Assembly: GCA_963733035.1 (NCBI GenBank)
Contig: CAVTBU010000005.1
Location: forward strand, 1,728,001-1,792,000
Source of the DNA: Pirellulales bacterium
Lineage (GTDB): Bacteria; Planctomycetota; Planctomycetia; Pirellulales; PALSA-1355
DNA length: 64,000 nucleotides
Direction: 5' to 3'
Shown: piece by piece, positions 1-9,594 of the stretch
How the letters are laid out: each line of letters opens with the position of its first letter
Position numbering within the stretch: position 1 is the first letter of the stretch
Notes under the pieces: model-generated
What the model was told of the DNA's origin: nothing
Database searches by the model: none
What the model saw: the letters and a program-made list of their open reading frames with translations, nothing else
Program-made: the position numbers and the translations under genes

Positions 1-24
1 TTCGATGTAGAGCTGTTTGGCCAT
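1..24 (-). CDS. miaB: N-terminus of probable tRNA methylthiotransferase MiaB (runs off window)
   Basis: Reverse strand reads ATG GCC AAA CAG CTC TAC ATC GAA = MAKQLYIE, resembling the MiaB start (KxLYIxTxGCQMN). Only 8 codons are visible. Confidence 0.5.
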
Positions 25-146
25 GGGCGGAGCAGGGCGGGAAAAAACGCGAAATTCAAGCGGCAGCCGGTGTTAGCACGCGGTGAAGCATCTCATTTTA
101 GCCGAGCAGGGGGCTCGGAAGCCAGCCGGAATTAGCACGCCAGGTT

Positions 147-169
147 AGCCCCCGGCTTTGCCCGGGGAT
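147..169. repeat. REP-like palindrome (AGCCCCCGGC-TTT-GCCCGGGGAT)
   Basis: GC-rich imperfect hairpin in the fmt-miaB gap, resembling REP or IS200/IS605-type end hairpins. Confidence 0.4.
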
Positions 170-217
170 TCTCCCAACACTTGCTCTCGTCGCGTCGCCG
201 CGGCGTCGACTGAACCC

Positions 218-1192
218 TTATTCCGCTCCCAACCGATCGCCCGGCCGAATCGGATTTCCGCGCCGGAACTCAGCCGCTGACATCGAGCGCTTGCCGGCCG
301 GCTGAAGGGCTTCGATCAAGAGCGCCCCGTCACCGGCTGCAACCAACAGCCGCTCCCCTTCGGCCTCTAGCACCGTACCCGGCGCGCCGCTCGTGTTGGC
401 AACTCGCACGCGGTCCAGAATCAACCGCACGGGTTCGCCGCCGGCGCGGTGCCAGAAGGTGTACGTCTTGGGCCAGGGCTGCAATGCCCGCACCTGGTTC
501 TTAATGGCCGCCGCAGGACGCGTCCAATCGACTTCGCCTAGCTCTTTCGTGAGCCGCGGGGCACGTGTCGCTTGCGAGGCATCCTGTTCGATGGGCTTGA
601 CGGTACCGTCCGCGATGGCCGTGAGCGCTTGCAGAACCAGCGGCGCGCCGATTTCCGCCAGGCGCGGTTCGATGTCGGTCGCGGTGTCGTCCGGACCGAT
701 TTCCATCCGGCCTTGGGCAATGGCCGGACCGGCGTCGAGCTGTGGCGTCATGTGAATGACGGTCACGCCGGTTTCCGTCTCGCCGTGGTAGAGCGCCCAG
801 TTAATCGGCGCCGCGCCGCGATATTTGGGCAGCAGCGAAGCGTGCAGGTTGATGCCGCCAAAGCGGGCAATCTCCAGCGCCGCGGGCTTCAAAATCTGAC
901 CGTAATCGCAAACGACATAAATGTCGGGGCGGTAGCTGGCGAGTACCATTCGCGCCTGGGACGAATTGATGCTTTCCGGTTCGTGCACGGGCGTGCCATG
1001 CTGGAGGGCCATGACCCGCATCGGGTTGGGCGGCGTTTTAGTTCGTCCCCTTTGCGGTCGATCGGGCCGGGTGAACAACGCCAGCACTTCGTGCGGCGAG
1101 TCGTAGAGCGCCCGAAACGTCGGCACCGCGAACGGCCCGGTGCCCATCATGATCACACGCATACCTCGCTCCGTCGGGTCGCCGTCGGTCAT
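218..1192 (-). CDS. fmt: Methionyl-tRNA formyltransferase (alternative start 1162)
   Basis: MGTGPFAV, YGQIL, NLHASLLPKYRGAAPINWAL, ETGVT and LDAG motifs. Confidence 0.96.
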   Translation of the reverse strand: MTDGDPTERGMRVIMMGTGPFAVPTFRALYDSPHEVLALFTRPDRPQRGRTKTPPNPMRVMALQHGTPVHEPESINSSQARMVLASYRPDIYVVCDYGQILKPAALEIARFGGINLHASLLPKYRGAAPINWALYHGETETGVTVIHMTPQLDAGPAIAQGRMEIGPDDTATDIEPRLAEIGAPLVLQALTAIADGTVKPIEQDASQATRAPRLTKELGEVDWTRPAAAIKNQVRALQPWPKTYTFWHRAGGEPVRLILDRVRVANTSGAPGTVLEAEGERLLVAAGDGALLIEALQPAGKRSMSAAEFRRGNPIRPGDRLGAE

Positions 1193-2877
1193 ACTTGCGT
1201 CGAGCCCAGCAGATTGCCGCCGAGCGTCGGGTGGCCAATTCGCTTATCGCCCACGACGTTGATCAACGCCGGCTTGCCGGAGGCCAACGCCCGCTTGAGC
1301 GCCGGAATGATTTCGTCGGGCTGCTCGACGTGTTCGCCGTGGCAACCAAGCTCCTGGAAGATGCGGTCGTAGCGAATGCCGGGAATCATGTCGAACGGGT
1401 CGGTGCGGCCCTTGAGCATCGGCATTTGCTCGAAGCTCGGGCCCCAGGAACTGTTGTTCCACAGCACGGCGATGACCGGAATGTTGTACTTGGCCGCCGT
1501 TTCCATGTCCCAGCCGCCAATACCCAGGCCGCCGTCGCCGATGACCACAATCACCTGCTTGCCGGGCCGACCGAGCTGAGCACCGATTGCCATCCCGATG
1601 CCATGGCCCACCGGCGCGAGCGGTCCAGCATCGACGATCTGTCCGGGGAAGCGCACCGTCCAATGATGGCTCACATATCCCGAGAGCGTGAAACTATCGA
1701 CAACGATCGTTGCATCCTTGTCAGCGATGCTTACCAGGTCGCTCATCAAGCGATCTGGATGGATCGGCATTTCGGCGCGCACTTTTTCCGCCCGCTCGCG
1801 AACCAGCTTGCGGAAGTTCTCGCGGGCCGTGTTGACCTCTTCCAGCCAGGCCGCGTTCTTGCGATCGCCAAAATCTCGCTGGCGCGCCTTGACGGCGTCA
1901 ATCAATTGTCGCAGGACGAGCTTCGGATCGCCGACCACGGCCACCTCGGCAGGCACCTGCCAACCGATCCGCGCCGGCGTGGCGTCGACTTGCACGTAGG
2001 TCGCCTTGTCGGTCCAGGTGGGCGGCTGGCCGAACTTCTCGCCGCTCCAAAACCGAAAACCAACCGCGATCACCAGATCAGCCCTTCCCGAGAACGGTTT
2101 TTTCCAGGCCCCCTGAATCGCCAGCGGGTTTTCTTCGGACAGGGCTCCGTGGCCGGCGCGGCGGGTGTAGGTGGGAGTGCGGGTCAGTTCGGCCAATTCG
2201 CCGAATTCGGCGGCGGCATCCGACCAGAACACACCATCGCCGCCCACCAGCAGCGGCCGCTCGGCATGGGCGAGCATATCGGCCACGCGCTCGATGCTGC
2301 GCGGATCTCCTTGCGAGCGGAGCTGGTCCGGCTCGTAGACCTTCGCGCCGGGCACCTGGTCGGTTTCCTCTTCCTGGTGGTAAAGGACGTTGGTCGGAAT
2401 ATCGAGCACCGAAACGCCTTGCGGCGGCAGCATCGCCTGGCGAAACGCCTGTCGCACGTCGAACGAAATTCGATACCAGTCGAGCACGCGGTGCGTAAAC
2501 TTGCTGAACGACTTGCAGATTTCGGCGCCATAGGCCTCCTGAAACGAGCCCAGCCCGTCTTCCCCCACAGGGTGTTGGCCCGAAATGCAGACGACCGAAC
2601 TACCCGTCAGCCCGGCCACGCACAGCCCGGTCACGGCATTGGTCAGACCGCAGCCGGCCGTCACGCAGCACACGCCGGGCTTGCCGGTGACGCGGGCATA
2701 GGCATCGGCGGCATAGGCGGTGGCCTGCTCGTGCCGCATGTGGATCAGCTTGATGCCGTTGTTGTTCAGGTTGGCCAGAATCGGGAACAGGTGTCCGCCG
2801 TTGATCGCAAACAGATACTTGACTTGCTGCTCGCCCAGCACCCGACCGACCAATGTGCCGCCATCGACAACCGCCAT
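1189..2877 (-). CDS. Thiamine-pyrophosphate-dependent enzyme (acetolactate synthase-like / 2-hydroxyacyl-CoA lyase-like)
   Basis: RHEQATAYAADAYAR and the GDG...NN TPP-binding motif. Start taken at MAVVDGG (2877). Confidence 0.9.
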   Translation of the reverse strand: MAVVDGGTLVGRVLGEQQVKYLFAINGGHLFPILANLNNNGIKLIHMRHEQATAYAADAYARVTGKPGVCCVTAGCGLTNAVTGLCVAGLTGSSVVCISGQHPVGEDGLGSFQEAYGAEICKSFSKFTHRVLDWYRISFDVRQAFRQAMLPPQGVSVLDIPTNVLYHQEEETDQVPGAKVYEPDQLRSQGDPRSIERVADMLAHAERPLLVGGDGVFWSDAAAEFGELAELTRTPTYTRRAGHGALSEENPLAIQGAWKKPFSGRADLVIAVGFRFWSGEKFGQPPTWTDKATYVQVDATPARIGWQVPAEVAVVGDPKLVLRQLIDAVKARQRDFGDRKNAAWLEEVNTARENFRKLVRERAEKVRAEMPIHPDRLMSDLVSIADKDATIVVDSFTLSGYVSHHWTVRFPGQIVDAGPLAPVGHGIGMAIGAQLGRPGKQVIVVIGDGGLGIGGWDMETAAKYNIPVIAVLWNNSSWGPSFEQMPMLKGRTDPFDMIPGIRYDRIFQELGCHGEHVEQPDEIIPALKRALASGKPALINVVGDKRIGHPTLGGNLLGSTQV

Positions 2878-3044
2878 GAGAAAAACCTCCCCCGTTGAAA
2901 TGCTGCACCGCGCCCGGGTCAATCTACCGCCCACCAGAACGAACCGCAAGAAAGCTGCGGTAACGCTGCGATTTCGAAGATGACGCGCACCTGTTAGAAT
3001 TCGCCCCACGCATTCTGAATCCCTCGCACGCGGTGAACGAGCCC

Positions 3045-4046
3045 ATGAAACTTGTGATGCATCCGGCGGTCGAACCTGAGCGTTTTGGCCGGATCGTCGC
3101 GGCCGCCGGGGCCATGCAGGTCGTCAACGCCGCTAGCGCCGACGAAGCGCTCGCCGAAATCGTCACGGCCGACGCCTTCTTCGGCAAGCTGACACCGGAG
3201 CTTCTGGCAGCCGCCCAACGCCTTCGCTGGGTGCAATCACCGACGGCGAGCCTCGAACATTATCTGTTTCCCGAGTTGATCGAGCACCCGGTGGTACTCA
3301 CGAACATGCGGGGGTTGTACTCCGACGCCATCGCCGAGCACGTCCTGGGCATGATGCTTTGCTTCACCCGCAACCTGCACGTTTACATTCGCCAGCAGAT
3401 GTCTGGCCGGTGGGAGCCGGTCGGCGGCGAGCGCGAGCGAGTCTCGTTTTCCACCGGCCCAGGCATCCTGAATGCCATCGACCGCGCGCATCAGAACCTC
3501 GGAGACCTGGCCGCCGGAATCGTAGGCCTGGGGCACATCGGGCGCGAGATTGCCCAGCGGCTATCGACGTTCGGCATGCACGTGCTGGCCGTCGATCCTG
3601 TGGTGTCGGAAACGCCAGCAGCCGTAAGCGAACTGTGGGGGCCCGAGCGTCTGACCGAGCTTTTGGCCGCCAGCGACTTCGTGATCATAGCCGCGCCGCA
3701 CACGCCTCAGACCGAACAGATGTTTCGCCGGCCGCAGTTTCAGGCAATGCGCGAAAGTGGCGTGGTGATCAACATCGGTCGCGGGGCAATCGTCAATCTC
3801 GACGACCTGGTGGCGGCGCTGACTGCCGGCGAAATTGCCGGCGCAGGGCTCGACGTCTTTGAAATCGAACCGCTGCCGGCCGAGCATCCGTTGTGGAAGT
3901 TTCCCAACGTCATCCTGACGCCGCACGTGGCTGGCCAAAGTCCCCGCATCGCCAGTCGGCATCTGGAAGTGCTGCTCGACAACATTCAGCGATTCGTGCA
4001 CGGTGCGCCGCTGGCCAACGTCGTCGACAAGCAGCGCTGGTTTTAG
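3045..4046 (+). CDS. D-2-hydroxyacid dehydrogenase (NAD-binding)
   Basis: GIVGLGHIG, INIGRG, GAGLDVFEIEPL and LTPHVAG motifs. Confidence 0.93.
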   Translation: MKLVMHPAVEPERFGRIVAAAGAMQVVNAASADEALAEIVTADAFFGKLTPELLAAAQRLRWVQSPTASLEHYLFPELIEHPVVLTNMRGLYSDAIAEHVLGMMLCFTRNLHVYIRQQMSGRWEPVGGERERVSFSTGPGILNAIDRAHQNLGDLAAGIVGLGHIGREIAQRLSTFGMHVLAVDPVVSETPAAVSELWGPERLTELLAASDFVIIAAPHTPQTEQMFRRPQFQAMRESGVVINIGRGAIVNLDDLVAALTAGEIAGAGLDVFEIEPLPAEHPLWKFPNVILTPHVAGQSPRIASRHLEVLLDNIQRFVHGAPLANVVDKQRWF

Positions 4047-4189
4047 TATCGCCGCGAGCGGGCTTTCGAGGAGTCCAACCTGAGTCCCAGCCGCGATTCC
4101 CGACCGTAGCGACTCACAAGTTCGCTGGCGATCATGATCCACACCGCCAGGAATGCCAGGGTCATCAGATGGTCGAGCAGTTCGGTCAT
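4043..4189 (-). CDS. Possible small single-TM protein (48 aa)
   Basis: MTELLDHLMTLAFLAVWIMIASELV hydrophobic helix followed by a basic tail. Short and unverified. Confidence 0.35.
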   Translation of the reverse strand: MTELLDHLMTLAFLAVWIMIASELVSRYGRESRLGLRLDSSKARSRRY

Positions 4190-4384
4190 GGGTGCGCTCT
4201 GCGCGGTAGGGCTGGTGCATAATGTCGCCAACCCATTGATCGACCATCATCCAAGTTCGGCTGGACGATTGCGGCGCACTCCGCCCGAAGCGTTGTAGCC
4301 GCCGGGACAGGACCAGGCGCCACAGTTTACCACCGCGGCCTGGCCACGCTTCGCCGCGCGTAAACTCCAATGCAGCCGACCGCA

Positions 4385-4675
4385 TCAGCGCGAGCGACCT
4401 TGCACTTGCCTGGCTTTGCGGGCGGATTTGGCCAATGTTGCCTGGCGATGCAGGTCGGACTCCGCACCCACGCCCCACTTCTCAAGTTTCTCAATCCATT
4501 CCAGCGCCTTACGGTCATGTAATTCCACGGCCGGCAATTCCGCCTCGCGTGCCAACTGGGCCATTCGCCGCAGCTGAGCGGCCACATCGAGCAGTCGCAA
4601 TGTCAGGTCGTCCAAACGTTCAGGACGGTAGGGTTCCAGAGTCATAAGTTTGCTCACAATTGTGGCACGATCCAT
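4385..4675 (-). CDS. Hypothetical helical protein (~96 aa)
   Basis: MDRATIVSKL...; GGAG upstream; protein-like amphipathic composition. Confidence 0.7.
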   Translation of the reverse strand: MDRATIVSKLMTLEPYRPERLDDLTLRLLDVAAQLRRMAQLAREAELPAVELHDRKALEWIEKLEKWGVGAESDLHRQATLAKSARKARQVQGRSR

Positions 4676-4938
4676 TGCTATTTCTCCGACCGGGATGGTC
4701 GGCCGGATGACGCCCATACTACATCTTGCACGTCAATTTGTCGACATAATTGCCGTAGTTTTTCTGGAGATTCGCCCTCCAGCGGGCCGGAGACCAGCGG
4801 AAAAATAGTCCAAAATTATGATCGAAATTATGGTTGAAATATGGCCATTTTTTGCGCTAGGATGCCACCTGTCGTGATTAACGAAAAAGAACCGCGGCTC
4901 CCCGCGGGGCTGTGGGGCAAAGCGGGTGGAAAGTCGGC

Positions 4939-5136
4939 ATGAAAAACCACAACCAACCTGCAGATGGAGCTCATTCGCACTCGGCAAACCAGCCGGATGC
5001 GTGGCATCCCGACGCCGACGACGAATGGTCGGGCGAGCCGCTGCGAGAAGCGGATTGGGAGCCGGACGACTTCGACGAAGAACCGCTCCCCGAGCACGGC
5101 GACTTTTGGATCGAGGTCGAAGAGGCGGACGACTGA
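4939..5136 (+). CDS. Small acidic protein (…EPLPEHGDFW…)
   Basis: D/E/W-rich 65-aa ORF directly upstream of the HTH gene. Confidence 0.5.
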   Translation: MKNHNQPADGAHSHSANQPDAWHPDADDEWSGEPLREADWEPDDFDEEPLPEHGDFWIEVEEADD

Positions 5137-5198
5137 CGGCGTTGGCAATCAACTGGCAATCGGCCGCGCTTTTGCCGCGGCGAGAGGAGACTTGCATC

Positions 5199-5630
5199 AT
5201 GTTGGCATTCGGGAAAGTCAAGGAAATCGAACGGTTGCTTGCCGAAGGCCGGCTTTCGCAGCGGAAGATCGCGAAAGCCCTCGGCGTAAGTCGGGGCGTC
5301 GTCGATGCCATTGCCAGTGGCAAGCGGCCCGACTACGAAGCGCGTCGACAACACCGTGCCGACGACGGCGAACCGCAGGGCCCCATCGAGCGCTGCCCAA
5401 CTTGCGGCGCCCGAGTCTACATGCCCTGCCGGCTATGCCGGGTTCGCAACGGGCAAGCCCGCGAGCAGGCATTGCTCAGAACCATGCGGCACCGCGCTCG
5501 CGAGCAGGCCGTGCGGCGGTTGCTGGTCGCGATATTGCGGGCGGCGATAGAAAGCCAGTCCCTTGACGAAACGCCGCGTGTCTCTGCTGGCAGTACCCCG
5601 GTCTGTCCGCCTGCCGAACCAGCCGCTTGA
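5199..5630 (+). CDS. HTH DNA-binding protein with CxxC…CxxC zinc ribbon
   Basis: LSQRKIAKALGVSRGVVDAIASGKR helix-turn-helix, then CPTCG…PCRLC; GAGGAG RBS. Confidence 0.8.
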   Translation: MLAFGKVKEIERLLAEGRLSQRKIAKALGVSRGVVDAIASGKRPDYEARRQHRADDGEPQGPIERCPTCGARVYMPCRLCRVRNGQAREQALLRTMRHRAREQAVRRLLVAILRAAIESQSLDETPRVSAGSTPVCPPAEPAA

Positions 5631-5682
5631 CCGTCGGCTCTACAATGGATGCAGTCCAATTGCATTCATGGGAGGGTTGGCC

Positions 5683-6704
5683 ATGTCCCGGCTTCGCTTC
5701 GTCCATAATGACAACACCATTCCGCCAAATTCCGAGCAGCCCGAACGGCCCGACCCGCGCGAGGAAGCCGCGGCGCTCGATGCGTTTTCACAGGTGGTTG
5801 TGCGTGTGGCCGAGGCGCTGATGCCCGCGGTCGTCAATATCCGGCGCCGCGCGGCCGGCGTGGCGGATCGGGTTCCGGCGTGCTGTTCACTCCCGACGGG
5901 TTTCTGCTCACGAATCATCACGTCATTCAAGGACAGATGGAAGTCCGCGTGCGAACCGGTGACGGCCGCGAGTTGCCGGGCCGCGTCGTGGGAGCCGATC
6001 CCTGGACCGACCTGGCCGTGGTGCAGGCCGACGCGTCAGACTTGCCCTACGCCCCCTTGGGCGATTCGACGCGCCTGCGCGTGGGCCAATTGGCTGTGGC
6101 CATCGGCAGCCCATTCGGTTTCGACTCAACGCTGACCGCCGGCGTCGTCAGCGCTTTGGGGCGCACACTACGAAGCATCACCGGCCATCTGGTCGACAAC
6201 GTCATTCAAACCGACGCCGCCTTGAATCCCGGCAATAGTGGCGGGCCGCTGGTCGATAGCCGAGGCAACGTAATTGGCATCAACACGGCGATCATCCAGT
6301 CGGCGCAGGGAATCTGCTTCGCCATTCCGATCAACGCCGCCAAGCACATTCTGCCGCAGCTCATGCAGCACGGCCGCGTCGTACGCGGATATCTGGGGTT
6401 GCACGGCCGTGCCGTGCCGCTGGCTCGACCGCTCGCGCGACTGCATCACCTGACGCAGGAATCGGCCGTGGAAGTGGTCGCCGTCGAGCCCGAGGGCCCG
6501 GCCGATCAGGCAGGACTCGAAGCCGACGACTTGATCGTGAGTCTGGGCGAGGAGCCAGTAACCAGCGTTGACGACCTGCACCGCTTACTCACGCAGCTTC
6601 CGGTCGGCATTCCCAATTCGGTGATCCTGCTCCGCGGCCAGCGCCGCTTGCAACGATTCGTGCTACCGGAAGAGTATCCGCACTGGGATCCGGCGAAACG
6701 ATAG
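5683..6704 (+). CDS. HtrA/DegP-like trypsin serine protease with PDZ domain (frameshift ~5845, likely sequencing error)
   Basis: GSGSGVLF, LTNHHV, TDLAV and IQTDAALNPGNSGGPL motifs. The N-terminus is in another frame (ORF 5563..6135). Confidence 0.9.
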
Positions 6705-6879
6705 TTCAGAATCAGGCTTTCGGGGCGAATTTGCGGCCGGTTGGACGCGAAACGTCACTGGGTGGGCACCTCTCGGGCAGTCTCCTATAATACATGTTGC
6801 ATGCCGCTTGGGGCGGGGCGTTTTGGAGCTTGCGAACGTCCCTTCGGCTTCCTTTTCTCTTGCGTGGACGGGCGATTTC

Positions 6880-8100
6880 ATGGGTGGTGGGTTTTCGACG
6901 ATTGAAGCGGCCATCGAGGCGATCGCACGCGGTGAGATCATCATCGTGGTCGATGCCGAGGATCGCGAGAACGAGGGCGACTTTATCTGCGCCGCCGAAA
7001 AGGTGACGCCCGAGGTCGTCAATTTCATGATCACCCACGGCCGGGGCCAGCTTTGCATGCCGATTCTGCCCGAGGTGTCCGAGCGATTGAAGCTCGCGCC
7101 GATGGTCGAAGCGAACACGTCGTTCCTCGGCACGTCGTACACCGTGCCGGTCGATCACAAGTCGTGCCGCACGGGCATCACTGCCCAGGAACGTGCCAAG
7201 GCCATTACCTCGATCATCGATCCGGCGAGCGTGCCGAGCGATTTTGTTCGCCCCGGACATTTGTTTCCGCTGGTAGCCAAGGAGGGGGGCGTACTCCGCC
7301 GCGCCGGACATACCGAAGCCGCGGTCGACCTGGTGCGGATGGCCGGGCTGGCTCCGGGCGGCGCCCTGTGCGAAATCCTCGGCGACGACGGCGATCGCGC
7401 CCTGCGCGAACAGTTGTTCCGGCTGGCCCGCGAGCACCACATGGAAATCATCTCCATCGAGGAGCTGATCCGTTACCGCCGCGTGCGCGAAAAACTCGTG
7501 TACCGCATCACCGAAGCCAAATTGCCGACCCGACACGGCGAGTTCAAAATAATCTTCTACGGCGTCAAATACGAGTCCCAACAGCCGTTCGTGCTGTTGA
7601 TGGGCGAACCCGACAAGGGTCCGGTGCCGCTGGTGCGGTTGCACTCGGCCTGCTTCACCGGCGACGTGCTGGCCTCGCTTCGCTGCGACTGCGGCGACCA
7701 ATTGGATCAGGCCTTGGAAATGATCGCCAAGGAAGGCTCCGGCGTGTTGGTCTATCTGCCACAGGAAGGACGCGGCATCGGGCTGGTTGAAAAGATCAAG
7801 GCCTACGCTCTGCAGGATCAGGGGCTCGATACGGTCGAAGCCAACCTGGCCCTGGGCTACAAGGCCGATACTCGCGACTATGGCGTCGGCATCCAATTGC
7901 TCAAGGACTTGGGCCTGACCAAGGTCCGCCTGCTCACCAACAACCCCAAGAAGACCGACGCCTTCATTTACGGAGGCTTCGATCTCCAAGTGGTCGACCA
8001 GGTGCCAATCCACCCGAAGATCAATGAGCACAACGCCCGCTACATCGCCACCAAGCGCGAAAAGATGGGCCACAAACTTCCGGAAACGAAGAGCGGCTGA
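6880..8100 (+). CDS. ribBA: Bifunctional DHBP synthase / GTP cyclohydrolase II
   Basis: DRENEGD, RPGHLFPL, RAGHTEA, RLHSAC…SLRCDCG and QEGRGIGL motifs. Confidence 0.97.
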   Translation: MGGGFSTIEAAIEAIARGEIIIVVDAEDRENEGDFICAAEKVTPEVVNFMITHGRGQLCMPILPEVSERLKLAPMVEANTSFLGTSYTVPVDHKSCRTGITAQERAKAITSIIDPASVPSDFVRPGHLFPLVAKEGGVLRRAGHTEAAVDLVRMAGLAPGGALCEILGDDGDRALREQLFRLAREHHMEIISIEELIRYRRVREKLVYRITEAKLPTRHGEFKIIFYGVKYESQQPFVLLMGEPDKGPVPLVRLHSACFTGDVLASLRCDCGDQLDQALEMIAKEGSGVLVYLPQEGRGIGLVEKIKAYALQDQGLDTVEANLALGYKADTRDYGVGIQLLKDLGLTKVRLLTNNPKKTDAFIYGGFDLQVVDQVPIHPKINEHNARYIATKREKMGHKLPETKSG

Positions 8101-8136
8101 GCGCCCGCCCTCGCAAGGGGAAACTCCGGCGTGGGC

Positions 8137-8421
8137 CTAGTGCTTGTAGATCTTGTGTTGGGGGCGGCCGGCGAGGATTTGTTCCTTGCCCCAATCGGTG
8201 ACCTCGCGAAACGCCTGGCTGTGGATGAAATCAGTGAATGCCTGCTCGTCGGACCACTCGCTGGTGATCATGTACGATGCATCGTCAGCCACATCGCGCC
8301 AGAGATTGGAAGTCGTATGCCCCTGTGCTGACTTGAGCGCGGCCAATACCGCGGCGAACTTCCCTTCGAAGTCCTGCTGCTTGCCCGGCAAGACCTTGTA
8401 GTTCATTCCTACCGTAATCAT
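8137..8421 (-). CDS. Antibiotic biosynthesis monooxygenase (ABM) domain protein
   Basis: MITVGMNYKVLPGKQQDFE…YMITSEWSDEQAF; typical ABM size. Confidence 0.8.
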   Translation of the reverse strand: MITVGMNYKVLPGKQQDFEGKFAAVLAALKSAQGHTTSNLWRDVADDASYMITSEWSDEQAFTDFIHSQAFREVTDWGKEQILAGRPQHKIYKH

Positions 8422-8522
8422 CGGCCGCACCTCTTATGCGATTTTAAAATGAATGGAAACGGCCGGCATTATACCACAAAGCCGCGATGGGTTCGATGTA
8501 GCTCAGCGCGGCCACACATCAC

Positions 8523-8843
8523 TCAGGATGATTGCGACAGCATGCGCTCCATGTCGAGGATGTCGCGCTCAATCTCCTGGACCTGATCGTCGGTCAGCTT
8601 TTCGAGTTCCTTGGCAATCGTGCCCTTATCACCGATTACCTCGTCTTGCGTGAGCAACACGAGCAACTCCTTGAACGGCTGTTGCAAGTGCTGGGGCAGA
8701 TCGCGAGCCGGATCGATTTCCCACAACTGGCTCACGAACGCCACGGTCAGCCGCCGCCGCAGATCGCTATCATCGCCGCGGAGAATCTTGGCGGCTTCAC
8801 GAAAGCGCTCCGCCGCGTCACGTCGATTGGATTCCACCGTCAT
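8523..8843 (-). CDS. Hypothetical helical protein
   Basis: MTVESNRRDAAERF… with GGAAAGGAAAG upstream. Confidence 0.6.
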   Translation of the reverse strand: MTVESNRRDAAERFREAAKILRGDDSDLRRRLTVAFVSQLWEIDPARDLPQHLQQPFKELLVLLTQDEVIGDKGTIAKELEKLTDDQVQEIERDILDMERMLSQSS

Positions 8844-8896
8844 CTTTCCTTTCCCGTACGTGTGACGAAAACTTAATGCTCGCTCACTCAAAGACC

Positions 8897-9442
8897 TTAC
8901 TTCGGTCGGTCGTCGACTTCGCCGGACTCGTCCGCCGCGACGGCATGCAATCTAACGTGCGATGCCTGCGTTTGACGCAGCAAGTGTTCGGCTCGTTCGA
9001 CCTCGGGTGGTTCCCCCGTGACGACCACCAGGATCTTGCCGGCGTCGACCTGCTGCTCATACTCGCGGATGTGCTGATCGTGGATGCCCCAACCGCGCAT
9101 CGCGCCCAGAAACGCTCCCACGATGGCACCGGTAATCGCCACCAGTGGCCCGGTCATCAAAATCAAACCGATGCCCGTCACGGAGATGAGCGCCGCCGCG
9201 CCGACGGCACCCACGGCCCCGCCGACGGCACCGCCGATGGCGGCATCGTGCAACGAATCGTCGCCGAGTTTCAGTTCATCGCCCACGGCGCCGCTGGGAT
9301 TGAAATGCCTGCGGACCACGGATGTATGCGCCGGTCCAAAACCCGCGCTATGCAAAATCCGCACAGCAGTTTCCGCGGTCTCTGAGCCTTCATAAACTCC
9401 CACTACACACTGATTTGACGTTGCGTGTGGCTGTGCACCCAT
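8897..9442 (-). CDS. General stress protein-like membrane protein (glycine zipper)
   Basis: VVGVY…AETAVRILHSAGF, GGAVGGAVGA zipper, GI…YEQQVDAGKILVVV. Confidence 0.8.
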   Translation of the reverse strand: MGAQPHATSNQCVVGVYEGSETAETAVRILHSAGFGPAHTSVVRRHFNPSGAVGDELKLGDDSLHDAAIGGAVGGAVGAVGAAALISVTGIGLILMTGPLVAITGAIVGAFLGAMRGWGIHDQHIREYEQQVDAGKILVVVTGEPPEVERAEHLLRQTQASHVRLHAVAADESGEVDDRPK

Positions 9443-9481
9443 ATACGGTTCCTCCCTTGCTTTGAACGAATGGCAGCAGAC

Positions 9482-9497
9482 TGCAAACGTCGTACCG
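9482..9497 (-). promoter_or_regulatory. Sigma54-type promoter
   Basis: Minus strand CGGTAC-GACGT-TTGCA (GG-N10-GC), 40 bp upstream of the stress gene start. Confidence 0.6.
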
Positions 9498-9594
9498 TCA
9501 ATCCACCGTTGGCCAGTTGATCGCTGCCACAACGCACCGCATACTGGCCAACGGGCGGTTCCTTTTCGCTTGGTCGGCTGATACGGAGGCGGCG

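Noticed and set aside
1195..2898. Long antisense ORFs (1195..2898, 6712..8073, 28835..30439, 43978..45618, 56314..57573 and others)
   Set aside because: These are shadow ORFs opposite well-supported genes, expected in high-GC DNA, with no recognisable motifs.
6710..6880. FMN riboswitch upstream of ribBA
   Set aside because: Only a vague CGGGGCGAA resemblance; the conserved RFN core elements are not recognisable.
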